DNA from: Prorocentrum cordatum
Lineage: Eukaryota
DNA: 64,000 nt
NCBI GenBank assembly: GCA_963575745.1
Contig: CAUYUJ010000225.1
Location: 434,001 to 498,000, forward strand
Reading direction: 5' to 3'
This document shows, piece by piece, positions 33,481 to 44,123 of this stretch. The position numbers were made by a program, and so were the translations under genes. The notes under the pieces are model-generated. The model was not told the DNA's origin. It saw nothing but the letters and a program-made list of their open reading frames with translations, and did not search any database. The stretch's first letter is position 1. The number at the start of each line of letters is the position of its first letter.

Positions 33481-34500
33481 GGTGCGGTTGCAGTTGCGCG
33501 CCCGCGGGCGGGTTGAAATGTGTCGCCCAGTTGCGGTTGCGCGCCCGCGGGCGGGGTGAAATGCGTCGCCCGCTTGCGGTTGCGCGCCCGCGGGCGGGTT
33601 GAAATGTGTCGCCCAGTTGCGGTTGCGGTTGCGCGCCCGCGGGCGGGTCGAAATGCGTCGCGTAGTTGCCTTTTGCGCGCCCGCGGGCGGGTTGAAATGT
33701 GTCCCCCAGGTGCGGTTGCGGTTGCGCGCCTGCGGGCAGGTTGAAATGTGTCGCCCAGTCGCGGTTGCAGTTGCGCGCCCGCGAGCGCTCGAAATGTGTC
33801 GTTCATGTGCGGTTGCGGTTGCGCGCCCGCGGGCGGGTTGAAATGTGTCGCCCAATGCGGTTGCGGTTGCGCGCCCGCGGGCGGGTTGAAATGTGTCGCC
33901 CAGTTGCGGTTGCGCGCCCGCGGGCGGGTCGAAATGTGTCGCGTAGTTGCGGTTTGCGGCGCGCCCGCGGCGGGTTGAAATGTGTCGGTTGCGGTTGCGC
34001 GCCAGCGGGCGGGTCGAAATGTGTCGCCCAGGTGCGGTTGCGGTTGCGCGCCCGCGGGCGGGTTGAATTGTGTCGCCCAGTTGCGGTTGCGGTTGCGCGC
34101 CCGCGGGCGGATTGAAATGTGGCGCCCAGTTGCGGTTGCGGTTGCGCACCCGCGGGCGGATTGATACGTGTCGCCCAGTTGGGCTTGCGCGCCCGCGGGC
34201 GGGTTGAAATGTGTTGCTCAGGTGCGGTTGCGGTTGCGCGCCCGCGGGCGGTTTGAAATGTGTCGCCCAGGTGCGGTTGCGGTTGCGCGCCCGCGGGCGG
34301 GTCGAAATGTGTCGCCCAGTTGCGGTTGCGGTTGCGCGCCCGCGGGCGGGTTGAAAGGTGCCGCCCAGTTGCGGTTGCGCGCCCGCGGGCGGGTTGAAAT
34401 GTGTCGCCCAGTTGCGGTTGCGAGTGCGCGCCCGCGGACGGGTCGAAATGTGTCGCCCAGTTGCGGTTGCGCGCCCGCGGGCGGTTTGAAATGTGTTGTT
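33481..34500. repeat. Minisatellite, 43-49-bp unit GAAATGTGTCGCCCAGTTGCG(GTTGCG)nCGCCCGCGGGCGGGTT, ~21 copies
   Basis: Directly visible; each unit contains the 12-bp palindrome CGCCCGCGGGCG. Confidence 0.95.
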
Positions 34501-34685
34501 CAAGGTGCCCTCCTGACGTTCAGCCAGCCAATCAGTCAGTCAATCAGTCAGTCAATCACTCAGTCAATCAGTCTATCACCGGCGGGCACGGAATTTCACC
34601 CGGCTCCGCCGGGAAAAAAAGGATCGAACCTCCTCCTCGTCCTCCTCCTCCTCCTCCTCCTCCTCCAAGAGAAGGGCCGGAAGGC

Positions 34686-34815
34686 CATGGTCTCGAAAAA
34701 GTTCCGCGTCACCATCCGCACGGCGGTGCCTGGCATGGTCCGCCCCGCACGACCGGATCTCTGCTTGCAGGAGGACTGGGAACACCAGGTCGTCACCAGG
34801 CAAGACATGAGGCGC
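34686..34815 (-). CDS. Exon of host DEAH-box RNA helicase (motif VI)
   Basis: RLMSCLVTTWCSQSSCKQRSGRAGRTMPGTAVRM; AG acceptor, GC donor; phase matches exon 37825-37937. Confidence 0.9.
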
Positions 34816-34857
34816 CTGCCGGGGGGCCGTGGGCCGTCGCAGGGGGGATATGGTTAG

Positions 34858-35011
34858 GTGGGGCATGTCCCCCTACAGGCGGATTTTGGGCGAACCACAA
34901 GAATACCCCACACATATACCCCCAAAATAATAAAGAACAACTTTACAGAAATCGTCCCCATACTATTTTTTCTATTTTTGAATATTCCTCCTGTAGAGGG
35001 GCACGCCCGAC
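34858..35011. mobile_element. MITE-like ~155-bp element, copy 1
   Basis: Imperfect inverted ends GGGCATGTCCCCCTACAGG / CCTGTAGAGGGGCACGCCCGAC around an AT-rich core; related to 43964-44123. Confidence 0.55.
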
Positions 35012-36304
35012 TCAGGGATATGGACCGAGGACTGGCCGGACTCGAAGGAGGCAGGTCCGAGAAGAGAAAAGGTGGCACACAGAGGCGGTGGCTGCCGCCA
35101 CGGGCATTCGGCGGAATAGGGCAGGGGCACAGATGCAAGAGCAAGAGGACCATCCCTGTTCGGCCTGGCCCGGCATGCGCCAACAAAGCGTGGCCTTGGT
35201 TACCCCGCCACCGTCGAGGAGGAGGAGCAGGAGGAGGAGGAGGAGGAGGAGGAGGAGGAAGAGGATCCGTGCCCGCTCACGATCCACAGCAGTGACCACC
35301 CATCTTGCACCGCGGGCATCTAGAATCCGGCGACAAGGCGCTGGGCATGAGACTGGAGTACGGTCGGACCTACAACCCTCGAAAAAATGAAGCTCAAAAA
35401 CGCCTTGAGCCCCCTTCAATGTCGGCCCCTCCAACGTCGAAGGAAGCCGACGCATGTTCTGGGGGGGTGCGACCCGGCAGTTTCATGCTGACCGACATTG
35501 GAGGGGGGGCGCCAACAAATACTTCGCACTCATTGACGTTCAATCCCACCTAGGCAATCACATGCGCACATACCGTATATTCTTCATCTGACGACTTGCG
35601 CGCTGGCCTCTGGCACCGCTTGGATCCTGTAGCTTTGAACGGTAACAACTTTTCGAACATCCAGATGGTGCATGTCACGTCGTCCGACTCCGGACCACTG
35701 GCGTCGTCCAACCTTGAACGCCCGCGCTGGGGTCGCTGCCGCGTCAACGCGACGCGAACCTACCGTAAGATACGTGACGCATGTTTAAGGTTAATGTTGT
35801 CGAGGGGCTGTAGGACAAAAGGGTATCCTTCAAGAGCATGAAGCCCTTCGCCGGCCAGAACACCCCAAGCCATCAGATCTCTCGAGGGCACCCTCCCCCG
35901 GGATGCACGAAGAACGCCCAGCAAGCACGAAGAAAGTCAGGGCACCCTCCCCGAGCCGACCTCGAACTTATCACTCGGGCCGACCCGCAGCGTGCGCCGC
36001 CCGCGGGGCCTTCGCGACCACGGGGCGCTGGTCGGCGAGACGTCTCGCCCTCCAGCACCGCCGCGGCGGCCGGGCCCCAGGGGCCTTCGACGGCGCAGGC
36101 CCTTGGGAGGCCACCAGCTGGCGCAGGGCGCTCGCCGCGCCGTCGGTGCAGGACGGGCCGCCTGGGCCGCCCATCCTGAGCTAGGAGGGTAGGAGGAGGA
36201 GGAGGAGGAGGAGGAGGAGGAGGAGGAGGAGGAGGAGGAGGAGGAGGAGGAGGATAGACGAGGAGAAGGATAGAAGGAGGAGGGGGAGGAGGAGGAGGAG
36301 GGGC

Positions 36305-36640
36305 GCCGAGTTATCCGGGGTAACTCGGGCCCGGGGTAACTCGGGTTCGGAATCCCGAAAAGCGAACCCGAGTTAGCCCTGACCCGAGTTACCCCTGATG
36401 ATTCGGGGCTCTGGACGCCCGAGTTATCCGGGGTAACTCGGGCCCGGGGTAACGCGGGTCTGGATTCCCGAAACGCGAACCCGGGTTAGCCCTGACCCGA
36501 GTTACCCCTGATGATTCGGGGCTCTGGACGCCCGAGTTATCCGGGGTAATTCGGGCCCGGGGTAACGCGGGTCTGGAATCCCGAAACGCGAACCCGGGTT
36601 AGCCCTGACCCGAGTTACCCCTGATGATTCGGGGCTCTGA
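36305..36640. repeat. 113-bp tandem repeat x3, rich in palindromes (CCCGAGTTA..TAACTCGGG, AACCCGGGTT)
   Basis: Units start near 36306, 36419 and 36532. Confidence 0.9.
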
Positions 36641-37824
36641 TGTACTGGCTCGGCCTGAGGCTGCACGAGCCGGACGACGCACGCCGGACGAGGCGGTTGT
36701 GCCGGGGCGGGCGGCCGAGGCGGCGGCGGCGGAGGCCCACGCGCGCGGAGCCGCGGGGATTTCCTCGGGACGAGGAGCGAGGGCGGTCCCTGAGCGGCGT
36801 GGCTGCCCTCCCTCGTCCGTGGGGCTCGTGGTGGGCATCTCGGGCCCCCTCGGGGGGACCCTCGGGAGAGGGGTCCCTCGCTGCTCAGGGGCTCTCTCTC
36901 CGTCCATTGGGTCGGGCCCGGCGCCCGCCGCGCACCTGCCTGCCGCGCTGGGGGGGCATCCACGACGCCGCGCTGTGCTTCATCCTGGGAACTCCGTCCC
37001 TTCTGCACAGCTCCTCCCTGCCGCGCCCCGAGGCGTGTTGGCAGGGCGGGCCGGGCGTTCTGCCCGAGGCTCCCCCACCACCTGTCGGCCCTGAAACGTA
37101 ACATGCGCAACGGCTTCGCGGGTGGAGGGCAGGTGGCTTCGAAGTGTGGCTCTCGCCCGAGTGCCCCGCACACTCGCTTCCCAAGCTTGCAGCAGCTTCA
37201 AGGACGGAGGGCGGGTCGTTCACAGTGTGTGGCCCTTGCCTCGGCGCCGTGCACATTCCTCTTGAGAGCTTGCAGCACCTTCAAGGATGGCGCGGCGCGC
37301 GTTCGTCCTGCAAGTTTGGATCAGTTCCGGGCATTCGTCTGGCTGAAGTCCCAGGAATGGTGTTCGGGCACGGTTCAGGATGTGAGGACGCCACAGTCAT
37401 GCTGATTCGCGGTGTCGTATCAGGCATGGTGCCCTGGCACGATTGAGGATTGTGGGGACGCAACAACCACGTTGATCCGTGGCGCTGAAGTCCCAGGAAT
37501 TGTGTTTTGGCAAAGTGGAAGATTCTCGGACAGTTGTCTTCCGAAGCCGCACTCCCCGCAAATGAAAATAATTTCTTGTGGGGCCCTATGAAGAGGGAAC
37601 TTGGAGGGAGGGATCCTTGCAACATCGGAGATGCATCTTGGATTTGCACTGGACCTCCCCCTCCTCCTCCTCCTCCTCCTCCTCCTCCTCCTCCTCCTCC
37701 TCCTCCTCCCAGGTCCTCAACACTCATCCTTCTCCTCCCTGCCCTCCTCCTCCACCTCCTGCTCCCTTCCTCCCTCCACCCCTCCCTCTCTCCCTCCCCC
37801 ACTCCCTCTTCCATGGTCCAAGGC

Positions 37825-37937
37825 CTCGCGTCGTACTCGATGGAGCGCCGGAGGCACATGTCTATGACCGCACAGACGGAAGGCAAGGTCAGGGAGCTCT
37901 CGGCTATGTTCGAGGCCAGGACTATGTGGCACACTCC
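37825..37937 (-). CDS. Exon of host DEAH-box RNA helicase (motif V)
   Basis: GVCHIVLASNIAESSLTLPSVCAVIDMCLRRSIEYDAR matches the DEAH 'IILSTNIAESSITIPDV..VID' motif; AG/GC splice sites. Confidence 0.9.
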
Positions 37938-38599
37938 CTCGGGCGGAAGAGGCGGGAGGGGGAAGGGGGAGGGAAGGATGAGGCAAAACGTACGTGCTTT
38001 TTAGAGCATGCACACATGCGTACATTAGTACATGCATCTATTTATGCATGCGTATACAATCCTGCCTTGAGATTAAGAACCTTATCCAGAGCTACTAGTA
38101 GCACATCCATTGAACCCTGAATAGTTTTGGATCCCCAGACTACTGCCCCCCCGGACAATTGATCTCCCACAGACTACTGGTCCCCCCCAACTGTTGGTCC
38201 CCCCCCGCTGGACTACTGGTCCACCCCCTGGACAACCGGTACCCCCCCTAGACCGCTGACTCCCACCCAGACTACAGGTACCCCCGAGATCGACGCCGCC
38301 GCCCCATGTGCGTGCGTGCGTGCGTGCGTGCGTGCGTGGGTGTGTGTCGTGCGCATGTGCGTGTGTGCGCGTGTGTGTATGTGTGTGCGTGTGTGTGTGT
38401 GCGTGTGTGTGTACGTTGTTTCCTCAGGTCCGATGGACCACCGCTGTGGGTTGCTAGGGTCCTTTCTCACATGCTTGTCCACATCGCCCTCCCCCGTCAT
38501 CGTTTCTCGTCTTCCTCATCCGGGTGATGAGATTGTCTCTGCGGGTCCGATGGGCCGTCGCTGTGAACCGCCGTCCGTACCTCGCCGCTCCATGAGCCA

Positions 38600-39525
38600 G
38601 CGAAGGTGGCGACAGTTGCGCAGTTAGCAGCCTCCCGGGGGCCGCGAGGTCTCGGCTAGTTGCGCATACAACTGCACTACGCTGGACCTCCCAGGAACCC
38701 ATGAAAGTGACAACAGTTGCGAAGTTCGCAGTTCGCAGCCAGCCAGGGAGAAGCGAGGTCTCGGCTAGTTGCGCATACAACTGCACTCCGCGGGACCTTC
38801 CAGGAGCCCACTGCGCAGTTCGCAGCCAGCCAGGGAGCAGCGAGGTCTCGGCTAGTTGCGCATACAACTGCACTCCGCGGGACCTTCCAGGAGCCCACTG
38901 CGCAGTTCGCAGCCAGCCAGGGAGAAGCGAGGTCTCGGCTAGATGCGCGTACAACTCCACTCCGCTGGACCTCTTAGGAGCCCAAGCAAGTGGCGACAGT
39001 TGCGCAGAGCGCAGCCAGCCAAGGAGGAGCGAGGTCTCATGTGGATGCGCGTAGCCCCTGACTCCGCGGGACCTTCCAGGAGCCCGCGAAAGTGGCGACA
39101 GTAGCGCAGTTCGCAGCGACCCAGGGAGCAGCGAATTCTCAAGTGGGTGCGCGCATGCCCCCCAGCCCGCTGGACCTCCCAGGAGCCCAAGAAAGTGGCG
39201 ACGGTTGCGCAGTTTTTGCAGCCACCCAGGAAGCAGCGAGGTCTCAAAAGTGATACGCGCTGCCCCTGGCCTCGCTGGACCAGGAGCCCAAGAAAGTGGC
39301 GACAGTTGCGCAGTTCGCAGCCACCTGGGGAGCACCGAGGTCTCAAGTGGACGCGCATGCCCCTCACCCCGCTGGGCCTCCCAGGAGCCCAAGAAAGTGG
39401 CGATAGTTGCGCAGATCGCAGCCAGCCAGGGAGAAGCGATGTCTCAAATGGATGCGCGGAGCCCCCGATTCCGCTGGACCTCACAGGAGCCCACGGCAGT
39501 GGCGAGAGGTGCGCCGTTCGCAGCC
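38600..39525. repeat. Diverged tandem repeat, ~89-117-bp units (AAGTGGCGACAGTTGCGCAGTTCGCAGCCAGCCAGGGAG..CGAGGTCTC)
   Basis: About 9 visible units. Confidence 0.85.
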
Positions 39526-40239
39526 ACCCCATAGCAAAGGCACGCGCAACGGAGGCAAGGAGGCAGGAGGAGAAGGGAGGAGTCAGGAGACAGGAGGAGG
39601 AATCCAGCACACATGATGGTTGGGAATGAAGCAGAAGGAGGAGGCGAAGGAGGACGGAGGACTGAAGACCACAGTTGTCTACTCAGAACGAGAACCCAAC
39701 ATAGGGAAGAACCCAACACAGGGTGATGACATCCAGGAGATTCTATGGCCTGGCCATGATATCCACGCCCCTCTACGGTGCGGGCGCTGGACAAAGAACC
39801 TTTGGATAAGGAACCCAGGGCCTGGGAGCTGGTGGAACTCCGAGCGTGGACTGGCCGTTGGTGTCACCCACCGCCCTCATCAGATAAAGACTCCTCCAGG
39901 GTCTGAGGCCTCCCGGGCAATTCCTGCACGAGCGCCCCCACCGCCAGGGAGCACCTCGGGACGCCCTCGACGCGCGACGCTGCCCGAGCGGCCCCGCCGC
40001 GCCCAGGGCGGCCGAAACGGGCCGTGGACGGCGCGGGCCACAAAGCAGGGCTCGAGGACCGCGGCCCACCTGCCACTGCCCAGATCTCGAGGAGGAGGAG
40101 GAGGAGGAGGAGGAGGAGGAGGAGGAGGAGGACTAGGAGGAGGAGGAGGAGGAGGAGGAGGAGGAGGAGGAGGAGGAGGAGGAGGAGGAGGAGGAAGGGA
40201 GGGTCGAGGGAGAGGGGGCCGGCCGGCGAGCTCGGGGGC

Positions 40240-40306
40240 CTTCGGGGGGGCGTTGAACACCTCCTCCTGCTCCTCCCGCGGGATCAGCGAGTGCATGGGG
40301 AAGATC
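40240..40306 (-). CDS. Exon of host DEAH-box RNA helicase (motif IVa)
   Basis: IFPMHSLIPREEQEEVFNAPPK; GC donor; splices in frame to GVCHIVL. Confidence 0.88.
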
Positions 40307-42030
40307 CTCGCGCCGCGCAGGGGCCGCCCACGCCCCCCGCAGCAGCCAGGGCACCCTGGGCGGTCCAAGAAAGGTCCTGAAGGGGCCTTGGGGACACACG
40401 AAGAAACACACACACACAGACAGCAGGATTCCCAACATTTTCTGTTTTTTGCCTTCCCCACCCACTTCCCATATCTTCCCTTGTTTTCGGGGGAATCGAC
40501 GATTGATTGTGTCTGTGTGTTTCTCCCTCCTGAGATTTGTGGGGGGGGTCGCGTGGAGGCCAGGCGCGTGGCTTCATTCTTGGGGAGTAGGCGGGGGGGG
40601 GAGAAAAGCGCACCTTTCCTGCACCTCCAGGGCCTCCCAGATGGGGTCAGAGTAGATGGGCATCGGCGGTGCATCAGCGACTTCGGCGATGCATCGGCGC
40701 CGTCGGCGTGGAGAACATCGGGCCCCACATCGCGCCGCATCCGCGATGCATCGGCGATACGGCGCGATCCTCCGACTCCATCTGCTCGAACCCCATGTGG
40801 GAGGCCTAGAAGTAATGGGGGGGGGGAGGAAGGTGCACCTTTCGGGCACCTTCTGGATTCACGGGGGGAGGGGGCCTCCGGGGCCTTTCCTGAAACCCGC
40901 GAGTCCCCCCAGTGGTCGCCCACCAGTGCGAAACGCCCGAAGAGGGGGTAGGCAGGGCCGGGCAATCATGGGGTGCACGGATGGGCGGGACGAGCGCATT
41001 GGGGACAGGACAGGAAAAGTCCGCGCCTACACGGCGCATTGGCAGAACATAACAACTTACACAAGCCATGGAAAAATCATGCGAAGACAATTCCGCGCTG
41101 AATGCACCCGCGCCGGAACGCAACCACTGCGCATTACAGTGGGGGGGGCTCCGGAATTCGAAAGCTCCGGGGGCGTCCGAGAGGGGGCGTCCAAGAGGGG
41201 GGGGGGTCGCAGGTCATGGCCCGAGAGGCACGTGCGCGGCCCTGGGGGAGGGGGGGGCCACTGAAAGAGGAAGAGGCGCCATGAGACCAGGGGAGATATC
41301 ATGGCCCCGGTCGCGATACCCCTCGACCCCCTCTTGCAGTAGGGGCCCGACCAAAAGAAACCTTGCACAAGAAACCCAACCCTCAGACTCCAGGACGTCC
41401 AGCGGTTTTCTGTTCTGGCGCGGGAGCGTCGCGCCCTCCGTCGCAGAACAATCGAAACCCAAGAAACCAAGGGCACCCTGGGGGCAAGCAAGGTGTTTCT
41501 TGGCATGGGCCCCCACTGTACCCCTCGCCCCCCTCCTTCGTCAAAATTAACATCAAAAATGGCGAACAAGCCCCTGCGATGTCGGCGCGCCCTTCAATGT
41601 CGAGAGACGCCCCTCCAATGTCGGGGCCAGGACAAAGGTGCTCTGACCGGGAACGACTCGGCAGTTCGATGAGGACCGACAGTGGAGGGGCGGCGCATAC
41701 GAGTACCACCTCGCAGCCATCGCCACTCTGTTCAGCATCTCCCCACAAAATGTCCAGACATGTAAGTTAGATGGTCCTTCATGGGAGCCTCTTCGACGCC
41801 AGCAACGCCCGAACGTGCCATGGATTTTGACCGGATTTGGCCCTGATTCTGACCACGGCGCTCCCCCGCGTCGATGGCTCGCCACTCGCAAGACGCATGC
41901 TACATCGCAATGCGTCGGTGCCCGCGCCGCAGCCGCACAGCGCCACGAAATGGCCCCCACGTGGACCACACAATGTAAGACATTCTTGAGCTTACTTCCG
42001 ACGCCTCTCGGCCGCCCCCCCCCCGCGTGC

Positions 42031-43815
42031 GGGTCACTTTACAACCAGAAGCGCACTTTACAACCAGATGGGTCACTTTACAACCAGCTTATAAAATCCA
42101 AGAAGGGCACTTTACAACCAGGAAGGGCACTTTACAACCAGGCAAGTAAAAACACATATTGAATGCACGCGTGCCTTTCCCTGAAATCTCCGTGGGCAAG
42201 CGCAAGGGTGGCTTTGGGCTCTTTGAGGCATGTTGGTTGTAAAGTTGCCCATCGCGCGCGAAGAAGCACTGCGCACGAGTTGGCGATGCGGCGACCTGGT
42301 GCGCTATGGCATGTTGCGTGCTGGTGGGCGGATTCGAGTTTTGACCTGCTCTCTAAGCTCTGTCGGTCAGTTATGCCATTGCTTGCTCTGCTTTTTTTTT
42401 CTGACGGGCGAAGGCTAGTCGCGCAGGACATACGAATAAACCATGATCCCGTCCAAGACTGGAGCTGCATGGCAATGGAAAGCTGTAGTGGGAGATGTGG
42501 TGGAAGCGGGGGCTACAATGGGAACTGCACGGTGTTGGGAAGCTGCGCTGGCAACTGTGGTGGTCGCCAGGCAACGGTGGGAACTGTGGTGGTAGCTGGG
42601 CTGCAATGGGATTTGCGGTAGTAGCGGGCGGTCAGTCGGAATTGTGGAGGTAGCGGGGCTGCAGCGGTAAGTGTGGTGGTAGCAGGCGCACAGGTGGCGG
42701 TGATGCGCTGTCACGGTGGCTCAAGCTGCTGCGCTGGCACGGTGGCTGAGGCTGCTGCCCGAGCACGATGCCTGCGTTGCTGCGCTGGCACCGTGGCTGA
42801 CGCTGGAAGAAACGATCTTCGAAATAGTTGCATTTATTCGGGACGTTGAACCTCGATCTTCCAAGACGAAGAGCAGCAGGGGGCCAACTGGAGCGGGCAC
42901 ACTTAGCCCCTTGCAGAACACCGTGGGGCTTCAGGGGCCAACGTGGCCCAAGAGACCCGCGGTGCCAATGGCCTAGTTCCCTGGAGCGCTGGGCCCATGT
43001 GGAGGCCACTGGGCTCGCTTCCTGTGAGTGATCCCTAAAATTGGCAGCGCGTCGCCCTGAGCCTTCCTACGTATGCTGTCGCCTTATTCCCGTGCGAGCA
43101 CGGGGCCCTTGTTGAGGCCGCTTGGCCCCTGCTAGCAAGCCCTGTCTTAGTCTGCTGGGCTCAGAGCGCCAGAGCGTCCAGGCGCTCGGGCTCAGAGGCA
43201 TCGCTGGGGCCTGCTCAGAGCGTCCAGGCGCTCGGGCTCAGAGGCATCGCTGGGGCCTGCGCAGAGCGTCCAGGTCCTCGGGCTCAGAGGCATCGCTGGG
43301 GCCTGCGCAGAGCACCCAGGTCCTCGGGCTCAGAGGCATCGCTGGGGCCTGCGCGGGGCGTTCAGGCGCTCGGGTTCAGAGGCATCGCTGGGGCCTGCGC
43401 AGAGAGTTCAGGCGCTCGGGCTCCAGAGCGCCCACGTGCTCTGGATCATTGTTCAGAGCGTCCGCGCGCCCTGGAGCACTTTTGAGAGCGCCCACTTGCT
43501 CTGGAGCATTTTTCAGAGCGCCCAATTGCTCTGGGGCATTTTTCAGAGCGCCCACTTGCTCTGGAGCACTTTGCGGAACGCCCAAACACGCACGGCCACT
43601 CTGAGCTGGTTGTAAAGTGGTCCGTTCTGGTTGTAAAGTGGCCCGTTCTGGTTGTAAAGTGGTCCGTTCTGGTTGTAAAGTGGTCCGTTCTGGTTGTAAA
43701 GTGGGCCGTTCTGGTTGCAAAGTGGACGTTTTCGATGAGAAAACATACTTTCCAATCCTATGTTGGTTGTAAAGTAACCCATCTGGTTGTAAAGTGGTTG
43801 TTCTGGTTGTAAAGA
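42031..43815. mobile_element. Non-autonomous element-like segment bracketed by inverted arrays of CACTTTACAACCAG
   Basis: CACTTTACAACCAG x5 at 42035-42141; its reverse complement x8 (mostly 21-bp period) at 43605-43813; internal 57-bp and 30-bp tandem repeats at 43155-43575. Confidence 0.5.
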
Positions 43816-43963
43816 GACCGAATCTCGCCCTCCCCCCCCTGGGGGCGCTCCGATCTGTTCCCGCCCGGCGTCTGCGCCCAGCTCCGGGCTCTCCCCGGGG
43901 CCCTCGCAGGTCGACCCGCACGGCTCGAGGCACACCGGCGACAGCTGGGGTCTACAGGGTGGG

Positions 43964-44123
43964 GTCGGGCACGGCCCCCATACAGGCGGACGTTGGACAA
44001 CACATTGAAAATTGGTCAAACGGTACCCCCCAAAAATGGTTCACAAACAGTAGCCAAAAAATCGTCCCCCGACCATTTTTTGACCGTGTTTGAACATTCC
44101 TCCTGCGGAGGGACACGCCCGAC
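43964..44123. mobile_element. MITE-like ~160-bp element, copy 2
   Basis: Ends GTCGGGCACGGCCCCCATACAGGCGGA / TCCTCCTGCGGAGGGACACGCCCGAC. Confidence 0.55.

Noticed and set aside
33346..34503. 385-aa repetitive ORF; also ORF 38454..39392
   Set aside because: Read-through of minisatellites whose unit lengths vary and shift frame.
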